Position numbers and translations under genes: made by a program. This document shows positions 57,579-64,000 of a stretch of DNA of 64,000 nt, one piece after another. Under the pieces are notes generated by a model. The model saw only the letters and a program-made list of their open reading frames with translations, did not search any database and had not been told where the DNA came from. Origin of the DNA: Chrysomallon squamiferum (taxonomy: Eukaryota > Animalia > Mollusca); the NCBI GenBank assembly GCA_012295275.1, contig CM022665.1, forward strand, positions 19,220,001 to 19,284,000, in the 5' to 3' direction. The stretch's first letter is position 1, and the number at the start of each line of letters is the position of its first letter.

Positions 57579-58433
57579 TCTTCTTGTTTTAAACTTGTTT
57601 TGATTCGTAGTTTCATCTTCTTTAAAGTAAAATACAAGCCATGTATAATTCTGAGATTAATTCCAGATTACATTTGCATTTAAAATGATAAGCCTAGATA
57701 GTGTTGAAAAGAAGTGTTGTTTGCTTTCCATTGTTTGTCTTGATTGTATTTCAAAGCAAGATGTTGGTCCCAACAGTTTTTCTACATGTGAGGTGCTCCA
57801 CTGAAACTAGGCACTCTTAATCATCTTACAATATATTGCATAATTTTTTATTGATTTTAGGATTTCAGCATAAAACCCTCAAATAAGTATTCATCTTTTT
57901 ACCCAAAGAAGTGAAACTTAATAAGCCACAATAGTAAACACATTTTTTCATCATTTTTTTTTTTTTTTTTGGTGAAGCTTGACTAATTAAGCTAAAAAAT
58001 ATTTAGTAAAATTAAAAGTTATCCTCAGTTGTTTTCATTGGACTAAGCATGGACAGACACTGACACACATGTACCAGAAGAATAGTTATGACTTCAACTT
58101 TTGTCTGGTGTTATTTCATATTAAAATGGGCTGAGTAGGATACTACAGTGATTTGCATGTAAATAATGCAGTTTATCATAAACTGATGTTTGAAACTTGC
58201 TTCAATTTTGCCTTAAGTTTAGATTAGTTCCATCAGAGAACGTATATCAACAATAGTCAGAAAACAGGCATCTTTTGTTTGCAGTCACAGCATCAGGAAG
58301 TACAAAGTTAAGTTAATTGTTTTACAATTTTTACTTCAAATATCGACTTATCAGACAGGCACCATTAATTGCCATTAATTAGTATCATGATTCCAGACAT
58401 TTTACTGTTCCTAAGATTGGTTCTAAGGATTAG

Positions 58434-58475
<42 letters not shown>

Positions 58476-60282
58476 TTTTAACTTGTTACAAATAATTATA
58501 ATTATTTAAAATACTTGAGGTGCTATTTAAAGATGTCAGACCCACCTGAGGTAGTTTTTTGTTTCTTTAATTTGATATGGCTCCCCCATATTGCTTTAGC
58601 TACCTTAAAATGCAGTAATATGACTGTACTTTAAAACTACATCTAATGTTCAAACAAGTCAAGTGAAACTATAATGTAAAAAAAAATTAGTAATAAAATT
58701 TAATTCTGCCACTCTTTTTAAACTGAAAAACCCAAAACAAATGAGGAGAACACTGATAAATTCTAATTAATTCTTGCTGAAACTGCCCAGATTTGTTTTC
58801 TCAAAGTTTTAGGGCTTACAGTGCTTAAAAATGCTTGGTTGCTATCAACTTCAAGACTAAACATAATGACAAATTTCAGGGCCATTTTTCTCAGTTAATG
58901 ATTCTGAGAAGTTTTTGGCAATACCAAAAATGGTCATGGCTCAGCCAATTTTCAAGGTATCAACAAACATTTTGTAGTTGTTTTTTTTTTTTTTTTTTTT
59001 TGTTGAAGCTTTTAATATATAGTCTATCTGATTATGTGAATATCTCAGGTTTCAATGTTTAATAGCTCATATTTATGTATTTCAAACCTCAAGATTAATA
59101 TACACATGGTATCATGAATGTAATCAAAATCTGGTAAGACTAAATGTGGGATTGTGTATATGTGTGTGTGCATATGCGCATGCTTATATGTGTGGATAGT
59201 AGGATTAGGCACAATTACAAGTAAATGACTTGTTATTATATGTCACCATTTGGGTGGATGGGTGGGTGTGAGTGTATGTGTGTGTAATTTTTATTTTTGA
59301 TATTTTTTACAATTATGTGTATATTTCAAAGTGTTTATATTGTTATGTTTTCATTTGAATTTAATGATGAACTTAATCCAAACTCTTTCTAAATCACCAT
59401 AAACAATGATTTTTTTTTTTTCTTCCCTGTGTATTTAATTATCTCATATGTAACTATATCTTGAACTTTAATCCAAACCACAGCAACTTGAAGATTTATA
59501 GAGTGGTTTATGAGAGGGGTCTTATGTTTGTTTAAATCACAATTGAGGTCGATTCACATGTCTGAAAATTTCCAAGTCTTTCAGTTTCTTCTTGTCGTGT
59601 GTATATGTATGAATACTTGATACTTAATATGGTACCAGCAAACCTGAAAATGACCAAATGTCCATCTGAACTGTTTTGCACCAAATGATTTTCAGGCCAA
59701 CTAAATTGAACTAATAAAAGGGAATGAAATAAATCCTTTTTTCCTTAATATATTTAAAATAAATAAACTACATAAAACATAACAATAAAAGATAAAAGAA
59801 GCTTAAAAAAACACCAAAAAACCCCACCAAAATCCCCAACAATTGTAAATAAAACACAAACACATTAGAAACACAAAAATATGTCTCTCCCAGGATCCAG
59901 CTCACAGAATAAATGCTAAGTTCAAGGTAAATAAACATTTTCTAATTTATTATTCTTTACAAATAGGACTAAAATATTTTAAAAATTCTTTAAGGTCTTC
60001 ATAAATTATATTCTTCCACATGTTCTTCACACAAATTGTAAGGTGTTTGTCATCATATTTAAGGCATTTGTAAGGGCTAGTCACAAGGTAAATTATGACT
60101 TAAATGTGCTTTTTAAAATTCAGTGATATTTATATTCTTTTGCAAGTTACTTACACTAGTTTTATGGCATTTATTGTCATTTCCAGGTATATTTTAAAGT
60201 ATTATGTCCAGTTTACAAAAGAAAAACCAAATTACTTCATATTAGAACCAGTTAATCATGAAGAAAGTGGTATTACTTACAT

Positions 60283-60332
<50 letters not shown>

Positions 60333-60779
60333 TATTTTTGTGTGTACATGTCTGTGTGTGCTTGCATGTGCATGCAAGTGTGTTGTTATGGATATACCTC
60401 TCGTGCAGCTAATGTCCATTTTTAGGAAAATAATCTTGACCAGAATTTTTTTGGATGTATAATCTTTTAGTCAAAGTAAGTGTTATTTTACAATTTGTTT
60501 TGCTTCGAAGACAGTTTTATATAAAAAAAATATATATATATAGATTATTATTTAATTAATGTTTTAAATTTATAAATGTTTTTTTTTTTTTTGGGGGGGG
60601 CGTGTAAAATAAACTATATATAATCACTAATAATATGATGTTATATGTGTAAAGTACTGGCCTGGTGAATGGTTAGATGTATTTGTGATTGAAGTTTTCT
60701 CTTGATGTATTGTTAATTAATAATGCTTATTGATTGCAGCTATTTCATTTTTTATTTTATTTTACTCATTCTTCTCTCT

Positions 60780-60879
<100 letters not shown>

Positions 60880-60950
60880 CTCTCTCTGTCTTCTTCTTCT
60901 TCTTCTAACTCCATTTATTTTATGAAAAATGTTTTTGTTTTTTACCTCAG

Positions 60951-61119
60951 ATTGTTCTGGACTGTTCATTGAAGAAAGATATAGAATACACAAAGGCTAA
61001 CCCAAAGTTTCACCACTGGAAAACAGATGAGAAACGGTTTGGCCTGACTTTTGAGAGGTCTGATGATGCTAAGGCCTTTGACAAAGGAGTAAGCAAAGCT
61101 GTAGCTGACCTTAAACAAG
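60951..61119 (+). CDS. SPRED: SPRED exon 3, EVH1 C-terminal half (missed by the ORF track)
   Basis: cctcag|ATT...CAAG|gtttga. Reads IVLDCSLKKDIEYTKANPKFHHWKTDEKRFGLTFERSDDAKAFDKGVSKAVADLKQ vs SPRED2 [54 protein letters not shown]. Confidence 0.97.
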
Positions 61120-61473
61120 GTTTGAAGATGTTGAAATTGTCTTATTAATATGTTGTCTAAACAAAAAAGAATAATCAACATGTATGGTTTTGTTTATAAA
61201 ATGTTTAGATAATTAAATGTCATATACATTTATTTAGTTATTTTATGCACCATTCTCATATTGCATCCTGCTAAAAATATCTTAAAGTACTGTTTTTGAA
61301 ACACTTAAATATCTTTGTCTCTCCCCCTCTCTCCCCTTTCTGTCTGTCATTATCTATCTAAATGCTCTGACTTACTGCCTGTCTGATTTTTCTCTTTTTG
61401 TTTCTGATATTTGATTTTTAAAGAAATAGAGAACTAATAAAAATAAACTTCTATATTTAATTTTGTGATTTAG

Positions 61474-61523
61474 GTCTCATGGGCATGTCCAGTTCACTAG
61501 AGGGAGATGAAGGTGTATTTCAG
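61474..61523 (+). CDS. SPRED: SPRED exon 4 (50-nt linker exon)
   Basis: tttag|GT...CAG|gtaatt. Reads GLMGMSSSLEGDEGVFQ (compare SPRED2 ELGDDDVF). Needed to bridge phase 1 to phase 0. Confidence 0.88.
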
Positions 61524-61898
61524 GTAATTATGATTTAAATCTTATTACAACATAAATAAATGTTTGGTCTTGCTTTCTTAGTTCAGATACCTGTATTTAT
61601 TTAAACATACATATATTTTTATTTAAGCATATTTTTAACATAGAATATGTTCTAATAAAATACATATTTTCAGTAACTGGTTGTTGTTTTTTTTGTTGTT
61701 TTTTAAATAACTGATGACTTTATGTGTGTATACTTGTCTTTACATCCTATCATCATCTTTGGATATAATTTAATTTGATTTTGTTCAGGTTGTTGAAACT
61801 ATAATTAACTAATGTTTCTTTATTATATTATTGTATATCTTAAAAACAGATTTAGAATTTTGGACATGTTATAAACTTTGAATTTTAACAAATTTCAG

Positions 61899-62831
61899 AT
61901 GGTTGAACTTCCCTTAATGTGCAAAGACAGTTCATCACAGTCAGCCAGTACAACATCCACCACTACCAGTAGCCCATCCCCCAATTCACCGGTGAATAGT
62001 GTGCCCGGGCTGCCTGATGCCTTCCATTTCTCCCACCCACATGCCAATCATCACCTGCACAGGATTCACTACATTTCTGCACCTCCGCGGCATCACAAAC
62101 CAGCCTCTTCACCACCCAGTGAAAAAAGTAGTTCTCCAAAATCAGACAGTTTCGAAAGTAGCTCTTGTCAGGATGACCTGTCCATTAGGCCAGATGAGCC
62201 GACATCATTGAGTGGCAAGTCAGACACTGCCCTGCTTGACTCGGACAATGTGGAACCCTACAAGGAAGATTCTTATGTAACCTTTTCTAAGAGCAAGCCT
62301 GGGGCTCCCCATGAATACAGTTACCCCAATTTAGAACCTGTCGTGCAAAAACCACCAACTAAACGGGAGGTTAGCACGAAACGGCAACAAGCCATCACTA
62401 TTCAAAATCCACCCCTACCCTTGAAACCAAACAAGCACAAAAGTCGGCACAAGACTACCGTCACCGACCAATCAGGTCGACTCCTGAACCAGCGGTCACG
62501 TTGTAAGCATTGCAACGAGGTGTTCTCCCACGAGAACAACCACCGTGGCAGCTGTGAGGATGCGCCGGACGAGGTTCAGAAGTTGATCGAGTGTGTAACC
62601 TGTGTTTGGTGTTCCAAATGTTTAATTTATCACTGTATGTCAGATGCCGATGGGGAGTACAGACATCCTTGTGAGTGTGACTCAAATGATGATTCCAATT
62701 GTAAAAAGTGGACAGCTTTAACAATTCTGTCATTTTTCATCCCTTGTCTATGGTGCTATTGGCCTTTAACTGCATGTCACCGGTGCGGCGTCTCATGTGG
62801 TTGCTGCGGCGGACGTCATGTATCAGTGTGA
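61899..62831 (+). CDS. SPRED: SPRED terminal coding exon: Ser/Pro-rich linker plus Cys-rich Sprouty (SPR) domain
   Basis: tttcag|ATG. Reads RSRCKHCNEVFSHENNHRGSCEDAPD...CLIYHCMSDADGE...PCEC...KWTALTILSFFIPCLWCYWPLTACHRCGVSCGCCGGRH. Spliced CDS is 23+181+169+50+933=1356 nt, i.e. 451 aa plus stop. Confidence 0.98.
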   Translation: MVELPLMCKDSSSQSASTTSTTTSSPSPNSPVNSVPGLPDAFHFSHPHANHHLHRIHYISAPPRHHKPASSPPSEKSSSPKSDSFESSSCQDDLSIRPDEPTSLSGKSDTALLDSDNVEPYKEDSYVTFSKSKPGAPHEYSYPNLEPVVQKPPTKREVSTKRQQAITIQNPPLPLKPNKHKSRHKTTVTDQSGRLLNQRSRCKHCNEVFSHENNHRGSCEDAPDEVQKLIECVTCVWCSKCLIYHCMSDADGEYRHPCECDSNDDSNCKKWTALTILSFFIPCLWCYWPLTACHRCGVSCGCCGGRHVSV

Positions 62832-64000
62832 CCACATTATATATAGATACAGATGTAGCTAGATACACAGACACATGCATACTTATACCTACATATATAC
62901 ACAAGTACACATATATATAAATATGCACAGGATTTCGCCTTTATTCATGGTAGCATAACTTGTAGAAAAACATCATTTGAGATGAAGAATAACAGCAAGG
63001 GAATTGTGGACAGCCACTGCAGCAGAGGCAGTACTGGAATTCAGTACAGAAGGAAATGTATGCTTGGAAGCAATTCATGTTGTTAAAGTTAGATGTCTGT
63101 ACAAGGGAGACAACTAAAATGTTGGTTGCTGCAGGGAATTGACTGCTAAAGCACTGTGTAAGCTTGTTTGAAAGGACAGATTGCAGAAGACAATAGGAGA
63201 ATCCATAATTTTGGTTGCAAGGGTAAAAATGATTTCTGACATATTACAACCTGCTATGTGAATGGCACAGCTAGTCAAGTCATTTTGTGATGAACAGAAT
63301 AGAGACTTCTAGTGGCAAAGAGCACAACGCTTCCCACATAACTATGTCTGTATGTGTGCATGTGTATGTGCATACATGCATGTATGTATGCATAAGCACT
63401 ACAATAGCATGTAGTTGAATGGGGAAGCTTTGCCCTTAGATATATAAAGAAAACAAAACAATAGTTGATGTATTTTATGTGGTATTCATGTCAGTATTAG
63501 CAATGGTGTAAACAATGGCTCACTTTTCATCATATTCAGCTTTGAAGAAATTACTGACAGATTGAAGTCTTACAGTATTTTTACATAACAATTAAGTTGA
63601 AACTGATCATAGTTCAGTTCATAATTCATAATCTGACATGATTTTCAACCCTGATCAAGAACCAGAGAAAGAATTCTGCTCAGAATTTTAGAAAATAGGT
63701 TTTGTCTTAAAATTTAATAAAGTTTCTTTCCCTCCACTAATTCTTTACTAAACAAAAAATTAGCTAATTAAATATTTCTTGGCAGTAAAACAGGTAGTAT
63801 CAACCAACTAGTAAAATAATGAAAGGTATCAGTCATGAGTAAAACAATACACATACGTACAAGCCACCATTGAATAGTAAACCATATCAATCACTGATAA
63901 CAATCTACACCACTAGTAAATAGCAACTGTATTAACTACTAGTAAATAACAAATGGTATCATACACAGGTATCTGGTTAATAAGTATAACAAAATACCAG

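Noticed and set aside
57008-57683. Overlapping 100-190 aa ORFs with repeated peptides; array superficially CRISPR-like
   Set aside because: Head-to-tail ~34-bp units with no unique spacers, open in several frames only because the unit lacks stops; intronic, eukaryotic context with no cas genes.

Overview
AT-rich, microsatellite-rich, intron-containing animal DNA, most likely from a lophotrochozoan such as a mollusc (inferred; species not determined). Two protein-coding genes can be rebuilt exon by exon on the + strand. One is the 3' end of FRMD8/iTAP (FERM C-lobe, ~237-6212). The other is a complete 5-exon SPRED gene (EVH1 + Cys-rich SPR domain, 42480-62831, 451 aa). The ~36 kb between them holds decayed transposons (three copies of one Tc1 family, a Gypsy pol remnant, a tRNA-Arg-derived SINE, MITE ends), minisatellites and CpG-rich islands. 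The most unusual structure is an old inverted duplication (~23.0-25.5 kb vs ~36.7-38.3 kb). Its arms are visibly diverged except for sharply bounded, perfectly identical tracts of 273, 81 and 53 bp, which suggests arm-to-arm gene conversion and possibly an invertible ~11 kb segment. I see no CRISPR, rRNA or prokaryotic-type system. Most ORFs in the supplied track are microsatellite or low-complexity artefacts. All alignments were done by eye, and comparisons with human proteins and TE motifs are from memory.
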